This document shows positions 47,847 to 57,126 of a stretch of 64,000 bases of DNA, one piece after another. The notes under the pieces are model-generated. The model made no database searches. It saw only the letters and a program-made list of their open reading frames with translations, and was not told the origin of the DNA. This DNA comes from Myxococcota bacterium (lineage in GTDB: Bacteria; Myxococcota; Kuafuiibacteriia; Kuafuiibacteriales; Kuafuiibacteriaceae). Numbering within the stretch: position 1 is the stretch's first letter; every line of letters begins with the position of its first letter. The DNA lies in contig JBCCQA010000021.1 of assembly GCA_039024635.1 (NCBI GenBank), forward strand, positions 16,942-80,941, written 5' to 3'. The position numbers were made by a program, and so were the translations under genes.

Positions 47847-49334
47847 ATGAGTTCGAGATGGGGGACCCTGGCCGTCTGCCTCGCCACAGGGGCGGGGGCC
47901 GTCCCAGCTGCGGCCGAGTCGGTCTCTGCCCCCGCCGAGGCCAAGGCAGCCCCTGGTCGGACCCGCCTGGCGATCGTGGTCGGCCATAACGGCAGCCAGA
48001 CCCCTGGTCGAGCCGAGCTCCGCTTTGCCGACGACGACGCGGCTCGCTACTTCGAACTCCTCGCTCCGGCCATGGATCGGGCTTGGCTGCTGACGGGCTT
48101 CGATGACCTGAGCCAAGAAGTATTCGCAGAGCTGGTCCCCATCGCGCGGACACCGACCCGTATCGCTTTGGAGGCCGTTCTGCTGGAGGCCGAAGTCGTT
48201 CTGAAGGCGGCCCGCGAACGCGGAGACCGCACCGAGCTGATATTCGTGTACGCCGGTCACGGCGACGTCTCGGACGGGATGGGCTTCGTCAATCTAGAAG
48301 AGGGCCGCCTGACCCGGGTCGATTTCGAGGACCTTGTCCTGGACGGTCTGCCGACGGACCGAAAGCACGTCATCATCGACGCCTGTCGCTCCTACTTCCT
48401 CGTGTCCTCCCGAGGGCCCGGCGGGACTCGGCAAGTTGCGCCCCAGTCCTACGCCGGCCCTCGTCGTCGGGCCGGCGTGGGCTTCGTCCTCTCGACGTCG
48501 AGCGACGCTGAATCCCATGAGTGGGCCTCTTTTCAAGGTGGCGTGTTCTCCCATGAGATCCGTTCGGCCCTGAGCGGAGGTGCAGACCTCGACCTCGATG
48601 GAGCGGTCGACTACCAAGAGCTCGCCGCCTTCGTCGCGGTGGCCAACGAAGGCATTCCTCAAGCTCGCTATCGGCCGCGCTTCTTCATCCAACCTCCGAG
48701 CGAAGACAAGGCGGTGCCGGTTTTTGCGCCCGCCGACACCGGCGTGCGATGGTTGGAGCTTCCCGAGAGAGTCGAGGGACGGGTTCGGGTGACCGATCAT
48801 CGCGGCGTGCCGTACGCCGACCTCAACAAGGCTGCAGGCGACGTGCTGCGTATCGCCCTCGTCGGCGTGGGGGATCATACGGTGGCTTGGGGAGATCGCC
48901 GTTGGCGGATGGACGGCGCCCTTCCTCGGGCGGAGCTGACCAGTCTGCCCGAGGCGCCGGGGGAGGTCGCTGCTCGGACGCAGCCCCACGAGGCCTTTCG
49001 ACACCTATTCTCGACGCCGATGAGTGCCGAGGTCCTCCGAGGTTGGCGCCTGGGTGCCCGACTGACGAAGTCGGCCCCGGAGCCGCCGCCGCGCAGGCTG
49101 CGTTGGCTCCCCCCAACCATGGTGGGCATGGGGCTCGCGCTTGCCGGAGGGGGAGCAGCCATGCTGGTGGCCGGGGCCCAGAGTCGGTCCGACTTGGCCG
49201 ACTCGAGTCTGTCTCAAGCGGACCTGGCCTCCAGGGCCGACGAGGGCGACACCCTGGTGGCGGCCGGAATCGTCACCGCGGCAACGGGCCTCGTCCTGGG
49301 GACGATCGGCGGTCTGATCTGGAAGCGCTACTAG
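47847..49334 (+). CDS. Secreted, C-terminally membrane-anchored caspase-like peptidase (C14 family)
   Basis: Signal peptide. His/Cys dyad contexts YAGHGDV and IIDACRS. Two C-terminal TM helices. Divergent from the ECF sigma/anti-sigma pair. Confidence 0.6.
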   Translation: MSSRWGTLAVCLATGAGAVPAAAESVSAPAEAKAAPGRTRLAIVVGHNGSQTPGRAELRFADDDAARYFELLAPAMDRAWLLTGFDDLSQEVFAELVPIARTPTRIALEAVLLEAEVVLKAARERGDRTELIFVYAGHGDVSDGMGFVNLEEGRLTRVDFEDLVLDGLPTDRKHVIIDACRSYFLVSSRGPGGTRQVAPQSYAGPRRRAGVGFVLSTSSDAESHEWASFQGGVFSHEIRSALSGGADLDLDGAVDYQELAAFVAVANEGIPQARYRPRFFIQPPSEDKAVPVFAPADTGVRWLELPERVEGRVRVTDHRGVPYADLNKAAGDVLRIALVGVGDHTVAWGDRRWRMDGALPRAELTSLPEAPGEVAARTQPHEAFRHLFSTPMSAEVLRGWRLGARLTKSAPEPPPRRLRWLPPTMVGMGLALAGGGAAMLVAGAQSRSDLADSSLSQADLASRADEGDTLVAAGIVTAATGLVLGTIGGLIWKRY

Positions 49335-49559
49335 CCTCCGAGCCCTCGAGAAGGGGGCCAGCCTCCTGGCCCGGTCGCCCCACGGAGTCTCCGCTCAGTT
49401 CGGGGGGCCCTGGTGTCGGTCGTTGGCCAATCGCGTCCCAGAATGGCCATCTCAGAGGACTGTGCCGATCCGGTCAGTAGCCCCGCATCCAGCCAGGAGG
49501 AATCTCTCCACTTTGGAACAGCGAGTCCGGGACAGGCTGTCCAGCAGTGTCCGACCTGT

Positions 49560-49575
49560 TGGCCCGGTCCTTGCG
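49560..49575 (+). promoter_or_regulatory. Sigma54 (-24/-12) promoter TGGCCC-ggtcc-TTGCG
   Basis: Consensus spacing is correct. 13 nt upstream of ATG 49589. Confidence 0.5.
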
Positions 49576-49588
49576 AGGTTGAGGGGTC

Positions 49589-50647
49589 ATGAAGCCAACA
49601 GCGGCGACCCGACCGACCGTCTTGCTCGTGAGCCCTCCCGCGCCGGGGATGCCCTTGATCCAGCGGGCGATTGAGAAGAAGGGATGGCGAAGTGTCTGTC
49701 GGACGGCTCCGGAGGCCTTCCAAGAAAGCAAGGGCCTGGAGTTGGCCGTCATCGACGTTCAGCACGCCGGTCCATCGACCGCTCTTCTCGCGGCAGCCCT
49801 GCGGAGTCACGCGCCACAGCTTCGTATCGTCTTGATGGCGAAGGAGCCGTGCTTCGAGCACGCCATGCTAGCCCTCGAGCTCGAGGCCGAGACCCTCATC
49901 CATGGCCCCGCACCCTGGGGTCAGCTCGAACGCGTCCTCAATCGGTCAGTCCCTAAGCAGCTGGCCCGCAAGATGCGAACCGTCCTGGCCATCGGCGCCC
50001 ACCCTGACGACGTCGAGATCGGTCTGGCCGGGACCCTGGCCAAGCATCGAGAAGCCCAGGACCGCATCGTCGTTCTCACCTTGAGCGGAGGGGGGTCGGG
50101 AGGGGATTCGAAGATGCGCCGCCGTGAGGCTCTGGAGGCCGCCCGGAGAATGGGAGCTGAGCTCGTCCATCTCGACTTCGAGGACACGCGGATTCCAGAA
50201 GATGAGCCGGTCATCACCGCGATCGAAGACCTCATCCGACGGATCCGCCCTGACGTCGTCTACACCCACTCGCTGAACGACAACCACCAGGACCACCGTG
50301 CCGTTCATCGGGCAAGCTTGGTCGCTGCTCGAGGTGTTCCCACCGTCCTGGCCTACCAGAGTCCGTCGGCCAACGTCGACTTCCGACCGACGAGGTTCGT
50401 GGCCATCGATCGACACTTCGACGCCAAGCTATGGGCCGTCGATGCCTATGCCTCTCAGGTCGGCATCCGACCGTATCTGGACCCCAACCTCCTCGAGAGC
50501 AACGCCAAGTACTGGGGCCGCTTTCGCCAGTACCGTCTTGTCGAACCCTTCGAGGTGATCCGCGACGCTGCCTTTGACATCGCCACGGCCGACCTTGGTG
50601 CTGCCCTTCGCACCGGGTTGTCTGTGGCCCAGACCAACGGAAAATGA
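49589..50647 (+). CDS. Fusion: N-terminal receiver-like (pseudo-receiver) domain + PIG-L/LmbE-family N-acetylglucosaminyl deacetylase
   Basis: C-domain motifs AHPDDVEIG and HQDHRAVH are typical of the LmbE/MshB/BshB zinc deacetylases. The N-terminal ~120 aa has a CheY-like alpha/beta pattern without a clear acidic pocket. Confidence 0.6.
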   Translation: MKPTAATRPTVLLVSPPAPGMPLIQRAIEKKGWRSVCRTAPEAFQESKGLELAVIDVQHAGPSTALLAAALRSHAPQLRIVLMAKEPCFEHAMLALELEAETLIHGPAPWGQLERVLNRSVPKQLARKMRTVLAIGAHPDDVEIGLAGTLAKHREAQDRIVVLTLSGGGSGGDSKMRRREALEAARRMGAELVHLDFEDTRIPEDEPVITAIEDLIRRIRPDVVYTHSLNDNHQDHRAVHRASLVAARGVPTVLAYQSPSANVDFRPTRFVAIDRHFDAKLWAVDAYASQVGIRPYLDPNLLESNAKYWGRFRQYRLVEPFEVIRDAAFDIATADLGAALRTGLSVAQTNGK

Positions 50648-51654
50648 GGACTGACTTGAAGAAGAGAATCTTGATTACCGGCACCGGAGGGCCAGCTGGC
50701 ATCGGAGCCTTGCGCGCACTAGCCGATTCCGGCCACGAGCTCGTGGCTGCCGACATGAGCGAGATGGCATCGGGACTGTTTCTCGTGCCGAGAGAACGGA
50801 GAGTGCTCCTCCGCCCTGGGGCTCATCCTCAGTTCGTTCCTCAACTGATGCTTGCTTGCGCCGAGCTGGGCATCGACACGGTGCTTCCAACTGTTGATGC
50901 GGAGCTTCTACCTTTGGCGGAAGCGAGCAGAGATCTTCGGAGCCGAGGCATCGAGCTTGTGGCGCCCGGAACGAAGGCCCTTCGGACCTGTTTAGACAAG
51001 TTCCAGCTGTTCGTTCTGGCCTGCGGCCACGTTCCTTGTCCGAGGACTGCTCTATTCGGAAGGTCCTTCGATCCAAACGGTTGGCGCTTCCCGCTCATCG
51101 TCAAGCCGCGTCGAGGAAGTGGAAGCAGAGGTGTCATTCAAGTTCAGTCGGAGAGAGAGCTTCGCCAGCTCGAAAGGTCGCCGGACCTCATCGTCCAACA
51201 GTTTCTACCGGGCATGGAGTACTCTGTCGACGTCCTGGCCCAAGGCAACGGGGAAATGCTCGTCGCTGTCCCCAGGAGTCGTCTTGCGACGGACAGCGGT
51301 GTATCAGTTTGTAGTCAGACGCACTTTGATCCAGAGCTCATCGAGCTAGCACGCCGGGCCTGCGAGATCGTAGGTCTTCGCTTCGTTGCCAACGTTCAGT
51401 TTAAGCGAGACGCGTCTGGTCGGCCCAAGCTGATGGAGATCAATCCTCGCATTCCCGGGACGATCGGGCTGACGGTAGCGGCGGGAACGAACCTGCCCGC
51501 GCTGTCCTTGGACGTCTTGGATGGGCACGTCATTCCCAAGGAGGCACTGAAGTTCCGAGAATTGGCGGTGGTTCGGATGCTCACGGAGGTCTTTGTCGAC
51601 CCCTTAGAGTTCCAGCAGTGTACTCGGCCTGAGCCCCTACAGGCTTCAGCGTAG
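50644..51654 (+). CDS. ATP-grasp family ligase
   Basis: ATGA coupling to the deacetylase gene. ATP-grasp fold signatures (PLIVKPRRGSGSRGV...EINPRIPG). Confidence 0.6.
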   Translation: MRTDLKKRILITGTGGPAGIGALRALADSGHELVAADMSEMASGLFLVPRERRVLLRPGAHPQFVPQLMLACAELGIDTVLPTVDAELLPLAEASRDLRSRGIELVAPGTKALRTCLDKFQLFVLACGHVPCPRTALFGRSFDPNGWRFPLIVKPRRGSGSRGVIQVQSERELRQLERSPDLIVQQFLPGMEYSVDVLAQGNGEMLVAVPRSRLATDSGVSVCSQTHFDPELIELARRACEIVGLRFVANVQFKRDASGRPKLMEINPRIPGTIGLTVAAGTNLPALSLDVLDGHVIPKEALKFRELAVVRMLTEVFVDPLEFQQCTRPEPLQASA

Positions 51655-53040
51655 TCCGTACTTCTTGAGCTTCCGGTAAAGAGTGGTCCGGCCGATACCA
51701 AGCAGCCGGACGACTTCCGAGATGTTCCCTCCCGTGTCTTCCATGGCGTTGACAATGGCCTGCCTCTCGAGCGCTTCCATACGGCTCTCGCCTCGTTCCG
51801 GGGTCACACCAGTCGCGGAAACGGAGTCGATCGTCGACTGGCCCGAATCTGCGCCCATGGCCTGGGCCACGTCGGCGGGCAAGTCTTCAAGGCGAATGAG
51901 GTCTCCTGTGGCCATCACCGACGCTCGCTGGATTGCATTCTGCAGCTCGCGGACGTTCCCCGGCCACTCGTACTCGGCGAGAGCCCGTAGAGCTGCGTCT
52001 GAGATTCGCTTGGGTGCCTCTGTCGTGAAGTCTCGCACGAATCTTTCTGCTAGCAGCGGGATGTCGCTCGATCGATCTCTGAGAGGAGGTACCTCGACTT
52101 GGAAGACGGCCAGACGATAGTAGAGGTCGGCCCGGAAACGACCTTCCTCCACCATCTCTCGAAGGTCACGGTGACTAGCGGACAAGAGGCGGAAATCGGA
52201 CCGGATGGTCCTGGTACCACCCACTCGGCTGAACTCTCGCTCTTGCAGAACTCGGAGGAGCTTTGCTTGCAGCCCGGGGCTGAGCTCTGCAACCTCGTCC
52301 AGGAAGAGGGTCCCGCCGTGGGCTGCCTCGAAGCGTCCGATGCGACGGTCGATCGCGCCCGTGAAAGCGCCCTTCTCGTGGCCGAAGAGCTCACTCTCCT
52401 GCAAAGTCTCGGGTACAGCAGCACAGTTCAGAGCGACGAAGCTGCCTTCGCTTCGAGGGCTTCGTAGGTGAATGGAGCGGGCGACCAGTTCCTTGCCCGA
52501 TCCACTCTCTCCCCGGATCAAGACAGTGATGTTCTTCCCGGCGACCCTATCCAGCTGGCGAAGCAGCATCCTCATGGTTTGGGCCTCGCCAAGAAGATCA
52601 AGGCCACGGTCTGTCCTCTCCAGTTGGCCGACCCTCTCCCGCAGGCGCCGCTTTTCGATAGCTCGACTCAGTACGAGCTCGAGGCGCGGAAAGTCGAGAG
52701 GCTTGGTCAAGTAGTCGTAGGCCCCGAGCTGGATGGCCTCGACGATGGAACCAGTGCCATCATCGACCGAAACGAAGACAATCGGAACATCGGGGAAGCG
52801 TCTTCGGAGCTGTGGCATGGCCTCCGGCCCCGTCTGATTCGGCATGATACGGTCCAGGAAGATCACGTCGAAGTCAGACCGATCGCTAGCTGCCAACAGC
52901 TCTGTGATATCTTCGAAGGACTCAACTTCGTGGCTTCGCTGCTCCAACCAACGACTCAAGACTATGGTGTGAGATCGGTCATCGTCGACGATCGCCACCG
53001 AAGCCGGTGCTCCTGACATGTTGGCCACGGTTTCACTCAT
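51646..53040 (-). CDS. Sigma54-dependent response regulator (NtrC family: receiver + AAA+ + HTH)
   Basis: Receiver (VAIVDDD...FDVIFLD). GESGSGKE Walker A and GAFTGA sigma54-contact motif. C-terminal HTH. Alternative start MSGAPAS at 53019. Confidence 0.8.
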   Translation of the reverse strand: MSETVANMSGAPASVAIVDDDRSHTIVLSRWLEQRSHEVESFEDITELLAASDRSDFDVIFLDRIMPNQTGPEAMPQLRRRFPDVPIVFVSVDDGTGSIVEAIQLGAYDYLTKPLDFPRLELVLSRAIEKRRLRERVGQLERTDRGLDLLGEAQTMRMLLRQLDRVAGKNITVLIRGESGSGKELVARSIHLRSPRSEGSFVALNCAAVPETLQESELFGHEKGAFTGAIDRRIGRFEAAHGGTLFLDEVAELSPGLQAKLLRVLQEREFSRVGGTRTIRSDFRLLSASHRDLREMVEEGRFRADLYYRLAVFQVEVPPLRDRSSDIPLLAERFVRDFTTEAPKRISDAALRALAEYEWPGNVRELQNAIQRASVMATGDLIRLEDLPADVAQAMGADSGQSTIDSVSATGVTPERGESRMEALERQAIVNAMEDTGGNISEVVRLLGIGRTTLYRKLKKYGLR

Positions 53041-54484
53041 CTTGGAGCTCTTCTGTATTCTGGCCGTGTGTTCGGGGATGCTCCCGGTCGTTGCTGGCCT
53101 GTATCAGTTCCTTCTTGTGGGATTGTCGCCATTTGGGGGTAGGACGCAAGACGTCGGGTTGGCGCTACCTCGAGTCGCCATCCTGATTCCGGCCTGGAAT
53201 GAGGGTGCAGTGATCGCGACGACCATTCGACGCCTCATGAAGCTCGACTATCCGACGGATCGACTTCGGGTCTTCGTGATCGATGACGCTTCAACGGATG
53301 AGACCCCATGGGCCTGCATCGAGATGTCTCGGCTCTTCCCCAGGCGAGTGGTGCATGTACGCCGAGTAGCAGGCGGCGAAGGGAAGGCTCACACGCTCAA
53401 CTACGGGCTAGATATCCTGTGGGCTGATGAATGGACGGAAGCTGTCCTCATCATGGATGCCGACGTCATCTACACTCGAGACGCCCTCAAGCGTATGGCC
53501 CGCCATCTTTCGAATCCCGGAATCGGTGCTATCACCGCCTACATAAAGGAGGGGAGCAAGCGTCCCAATCCGGTGCAGCGTTTCATTACCTTTGAGTACA
53601 TCACTGCGACAGGCGCATCTCGTCGGGCGCAAAACGTCCTTGGGTTCCTTGCCTGCTTGTCGGGGGGCGCTCAGCTTCACTCTCGAGAGAATCTGATGGC
53701 CATCGGCGGCAAGATCTTCAGCCATACCCTTGCAGAGGATACCTTCACGACTTTCCGGACCCAGTTGAGGGGCCGCTCCGCGATCTTTGAGCCTCATGCC
53801 GTCGTCTACGCAGAAGAGCCTGATTCCATCGTCGGTCTGTGGAAGCAGAGGGTGCGGTGGGGTCGGGGCAACGTACAGATTACGAGGGTCTTTAGGCGAC
53901 TCTGGTTCAGACCTTCAGTCCATCCCACACTTGGTTCCTGGTCGATGGGCCTGCTTTGGTTTTCGATCTTCTTGATGCCGGCCTTTCAGATTGCGGCCGC
54001 GACCGGACTGGTCATTCTGTTCTTCCTGGATGCAGAGTCGGCCTGGCAACTTTTCCGACTGTTCTGGATTACGGCTGCACTGGTCTACCTCGTGGTCACC
54101 TTCGTGTCCTTCGTCGTCGACTGGGAGTCGGCACGCAAGTCCTGGTTCGAGGGGCTGACATTTCCAGGGTTCATTTCTTTGGGCGTAATCGGCTACGCCC
54201 TGTTTCCAGGGTTCGTGGAGGCTCTGTGGCCGTGGCCATTGGCCCCTGGTATCGCCGTCAGCCTCACGCTCTTCCTCTACGCTTGGACAGCCCTGTCCAT
54301 GTGCGCTGCCTACCTTTGCAAATCGGTTGAGACTCGAGGGTTTCCGGGCACGGCGTCCTTCCTTCTGTACTTCGCCGGGTACGGACCCTTCCTATGCGCC
54401 GTGACCTTTGCTTCCTATGTCAAGGAGCTCACCGGAGCGAGCATGAAGTGGGACAAGACGGTCAAGACGGGGAAGGTGAGCTGA
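53018..54484 (+). CDS. Processive family-2 glycosyltransferase (PgaC/BcsA/HAS-like polysaccharide synthase)
   Basis: LIPAWNE, DDASTD, DADV (DxD) and QRVRWGRG (QxxRW) motifs. TM helices at both ends. True start is probably the internal Met at 53078 to avoid overlapping the divergent regulator. Confidence 0.7.
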   Translation: MLATVSLILELFCILAVCSGMLPVVAGLYQFLLVGLSPFGGRTQDVGLALPRVAILIPAWNEGAVIATTIRRLMKLDYPTDRLRVFVIDDASTDETPWACIEMSRLFPRRVVHVRRVAGGEGKAHTLNYGLDILWADEWTEAVLIMDADVIYTRDALKRMARHLSNPGIGAITAYIKEGSKRPNPVQRFITFEYITATGASRRAQNVLGFLACLSGGAQLHSRENLMAIGGKIFSHTLAEDTFTTFRTQLRGRSAIFEPHAVVYAEEPDSIVGLWKQRVRWGRGNVQITRVFRRLWFRPSVHPTLGSWSMGLLWFSIFLMPAFQIAAATGLVILFFLDAESAWQLFRLFWITAALVYLVVTFVSFVVDWESARKSWFEGLTFPGFISLGVIGYALFPGFVEALWPWPLAPGIAVSLTLFLYAWTALSMCAAYLCKSVETRGFPGTASFLLYFAGYGPFLCAVTFASYVKELTGASMKWDKTVKTGKVS

Positions 54485-54830
54485 GTCCTTTGGTTCGCAC
54501 GAAGAAGGACAGTCCAAGCCCGCTTCGCGGCTCAACAGAGAACTTGAACTCGATTCGGTCGGGCCAGACTTTCCACGAGTCCAAAGGAAAGGGCGTGAAA
54601 GAGAGGCCGCCCCACGCCTCGAGGCTGAGCATGTATCGATGGGGCTGGTCGCCGTAGTGCAGAGTCTCCAAGACAAGGTGTCGATCTGACCCAAGACGGA
54701 GAGAAAACCGTGTGATCTCCTCGAGGCTACTGCCGGGCTCGTCCACGCCGACCGAAGTGGACTCGCACTCGAAGCCTGCTTCTCTAAGAGCCTGAGCGGC
54801 CACTTCCAGGTAGGCCGGGGTCATTTCCAT
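54462..54830 (-). CDS. Hypothetical protein (122 aa)
   Basis: ORF only. No recognisable motifs. Overlaps the GT2 stop by 22 nt. Confidence 0.2.
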   Translation of the reverse strand: MEMTPAYLEVAAQALREAGFECESTSVGVDEPGSSLEEITRFSLRLGSDRHLVLETLHYGDQPHRYMLSLEAWGGLSFTPFPLDSWKVWPDRIEFKFSVEPRSGLGLSFFVRTKGLSSPSPS

Positions 54831-54833
54831 GGT

Positions 54834-55079
54834 CTAGTTGATCCATAGCTCTCGGAGCATGAGTAGTCCCCCCAGAACGGAGAGTACGAGCCCGACACGG
54901 TACATCAGCAGTCGCTCTCGCTCGAGGTCCAGTAGCACCTGCAGACGAAAGAGATGTTGATGCGCTTCACGAGGCGGCAGTGCCTCTTCCTTGAGTGGGG
55001 ATGAAGGGGGTGGCCTCTCCCCATTCCCAGGGAAGCTCAGGATATTGTCTTCATGTTCCATGTCACTAATTCGATCCAC
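54834..55079 (-). CDS. Small membrane protein (81 aa), hypothetical
   Basis: One C-terminal TM helix. A further ~59-aa TM ORF lies at ~55045..55220 (-) with ATGA coupling to the upstream gene. Confidence 0.2.
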   Translation of the reverse strand: MDRISDMEHEDNILSFPGNGERPPPSSPLKEEALPPREAHQHLFRLQVLLDLERERLLMYRVGLVLSVLGGLLMLRELWIN

Positions 55080-55212
55080 TCAGATGCCATCAAGAGACTC
55101 AATACGACGTCGCCCAGCATGAATAGGAGGAAGAGCCTCCGAAACCAGCGAGTGCGTTGCTTCGTTAGCCGAAGACATCTCTGAACCGACAGCGTCTCTT
55201 CCTCGATGCTCA

Positions 55213-57126
55213 TCATGATTCACTCTTCTCCAGTATCTCGATGTCGTCTGCAGAGCCTTCCCGAAGCCGAGCCGAGCGAGCTTCCAGCATCAGGAGAGCG
55301 ACGAGGCCGGCGAGAGCGATGAGGCTTGCTGCCAGCCATCCTCCGTTGAATGCTCTGGTCTTCGTCACCTCGTCGCTCGGGACGTTGTCCGCATGATCCG
55401 AGCGCGCTATCTTCTGGCTGCTGAGCAGTGAGGCTTCGCCCAGGCCGGTCCATCCCCGTTCCGAAAGGGCAACGCTTGCATGGTCAAGGTTCGACGCCAG
55501 CGGAGCCGATAGTCGCTTGGACAGAGGCTGGTCCCACAATGCGACCTCGATATGGGGGGGCATGGCGTGGGCGAGGGCGAGGGCTCGAGGTCGGTCGAGG
55601 ACGGGCACCGGGAGATTCGTACTAGGGGCGGGGACCAGCCCGACATCAGTCACGAGTAGCTCGCGGCTTTCCAGACTCTGAGGCGCCGCTATCCAGAGAT
55701 CTGCTTGCTCTCGTGCTTCCGTCCAGACCCAAGGACCTCGTATCCGGTCAGGGTCGCGAAGAGCCTGCATGAGAAGGGCGAGTGTTCGCAGCTGCGTCGA
55801 CCTGCGCGGAAATTCGCCTCCAAGTCGAAGCGGGGTTTGGGCCGAGCCGAGGATACCAAGAACCGTAGCGCGGCGGTTTTCCAGTCTCTCCACTTCAATT
55901 CCACTCTCGGCCCCAAGCCTGAACCAGACGGATCCGTCTGGAAGAGCTGCACACCGTCGATCCTCTGCCGGTTCAGCGATGATGAGAACCTCGAGGCTCT
56001 TAGCTCCCTCATCGCCTCCGGGGATGGGGGCATCAAGACGGTGATCTCCGTCTCGAAGTCGTCTGATTGCCCAAGAAGCCGTCGTGACGCCATCGACCTT
56101 GATGATGATGGCACTGGCGTCGAGATCCAGAAGGTCCCTCCCACCAAGGGAGAAGTCCAATACCCAGCGGGGTTGGCCTTCCAGGATGTGATGGGTCGAG
56201 GACGCCCAAGTCGTGACGAACCGATGGGACCCGATTCCCTTGGCTTCCCAGCCTCGTGCCAAGCCCATGTTCTTCAAGCGAGAGGTTCGTAGCGTGGGTT
56301 GGGCTGGAGATGTCTCGAGTGAGCTCGGAGTTGCTTCTCGTGAGCTCGTGGCCACGCGGCAGCTCGTAGGGCCGCAGCGCTCGCGGAATGAGGGGCGAGA
56401 GAGCAGCTCGACAGTCCTCAGGAGGCAGCTTCCATCCCGAGCTGCAATATGAAGGTTAGGCCCAGCAGCCTTGATTTCGGCACATAGCAGCTTGTGGAGC
56501 TTGGGGTCGAGGGCCATGCGCAGACGATGAACGGATGAGGACTCTTCCGGATTGTGAGGTGACCAATCTTGGCTGAGGAGGTGGGCGCGAAGGAGAGCTA
56601 GGCGGGTTCCGGTACTCGTGTCGGTTCCTTTGAACTCGACCGATAGGAAGCTCCGAAGACCCCTAGGGAGTTCGTCGATGTTGAGGACGCTTCGCTCCCG
56701 TCGATGACGTCGTACGACCTGCATGTCGATTCGCAGCCATGCGCCCTCCAGGTACTCTTGGAGACAAGGCTCCCCATCTACTCTGAGGTCGGCCGTCAGA
56801 GAGAGGGTATGAAAGCCCCTGGACCGACCGGGCAGTTTGACCAGCAGCGTCCTTGCTTCATCGAGTCTGAGTGAGCGTAGGGGTTGGCCATCAAGGCGAA
56901 CGGTCAGAGTCGAGCGGTCGAGGGCTACCAGCGCGGATGGCGCTAGTCGGAGAAGGACGGCCATGGGGCGCGTAGCTTCGTCCCATGTCAGAGGGACATC
57001 GTGAGATGTCCGGCGCCCGTCGAGGACGATCCCGTCCCGGGGCTCGGCTTTGGTCGAGGTCCGAACGCCTAGCTCGGAGGGAAGGACGAGGCTGACGCCG
57101 AGGCAGGCGATGCAACTCGCCATCAT
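55213..57126 (-). CDS. Large periplasmic protein with signal peptide and C-terminal TM anchor (BcsB-like polysaccharide synthase partner?)
   Basis: 637 aa. N-terminal signal. Single C-terminal TM helix (GWLAASLIALAGLVALLML) then a short acidic tail. Topology is the same as cellulose synthase subunit BcsB. No sequence motif confirms it. Confidence 0.3.
   Translation of the reverse strand: MMASCIACLGVSLVLPSELGVRTSTKAEPRDGIVLDGRRTSHDVPLTWDEATRPMAVLLRLAPSALVALDRSTLTVRLDGQPLRSLRLDEARTLLVKLPGRSRGFHTLSLTADLRVDGEPCLQEYLEGAWLRIDMQVVRRHRRERSVLNIDELPRGLRSFLSVEFKGTDTSTGTRLALLRAHLLSQDWSPHNPEESSSVHRLRMALDPKLHKLLCAEIKAAGPNLHIAARDGSCLLRTVELLSRPSFRERCGPTSCRVATSSREATPSSLETSPAQPTLRTSRLKNMGLARGWEAKGIGSHRFVTTWASSTHHILEGQPRWVLDFSLGGRDLLDLDASAIIIKVDGVTTASWAIRRLRDGDHRLDAPIPGGDEGAKSLEVLIIAEPAEDRRCAALPDGSVWFRLGAESGIEVERLENRRATVLGILGSAQTPLRLGGEFPRRSTQLRTLALLMQALRDPDRIRGPWVWTEAREQADLWIAAPQSLESRELLVTDVGLVPAPSTNLPVPVLDRPRALALAHAMPPHIEVALWDQPLSKRLSAPLASNLDHASVALSERGWTGLGEASLLSSQKIARSDHADNVPSDEVTKTRAFNGGWLAASLIALAGLVALLMLEARSARLREGSADDIEILEKSES

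Noticed and set aside
47686-48153. First 156 codons of the ECF sigma track ORF
   Set aside because: Arg/Pro/Gly-rich low-complexity read-through of the divergent promoter region. Sigma region 2 begins only after it.
55045-55220. 59-aa small TM ORF (MMSIEEETLSVQRCLRLTKQRTRWFRRLFLLFMLGDVVLSL...) ATGA-coupled to the BcsB-like gene
   Set aside because: Too short to support on sequence alone. Mentioned under the EPS locus but not listed as a separate gene.
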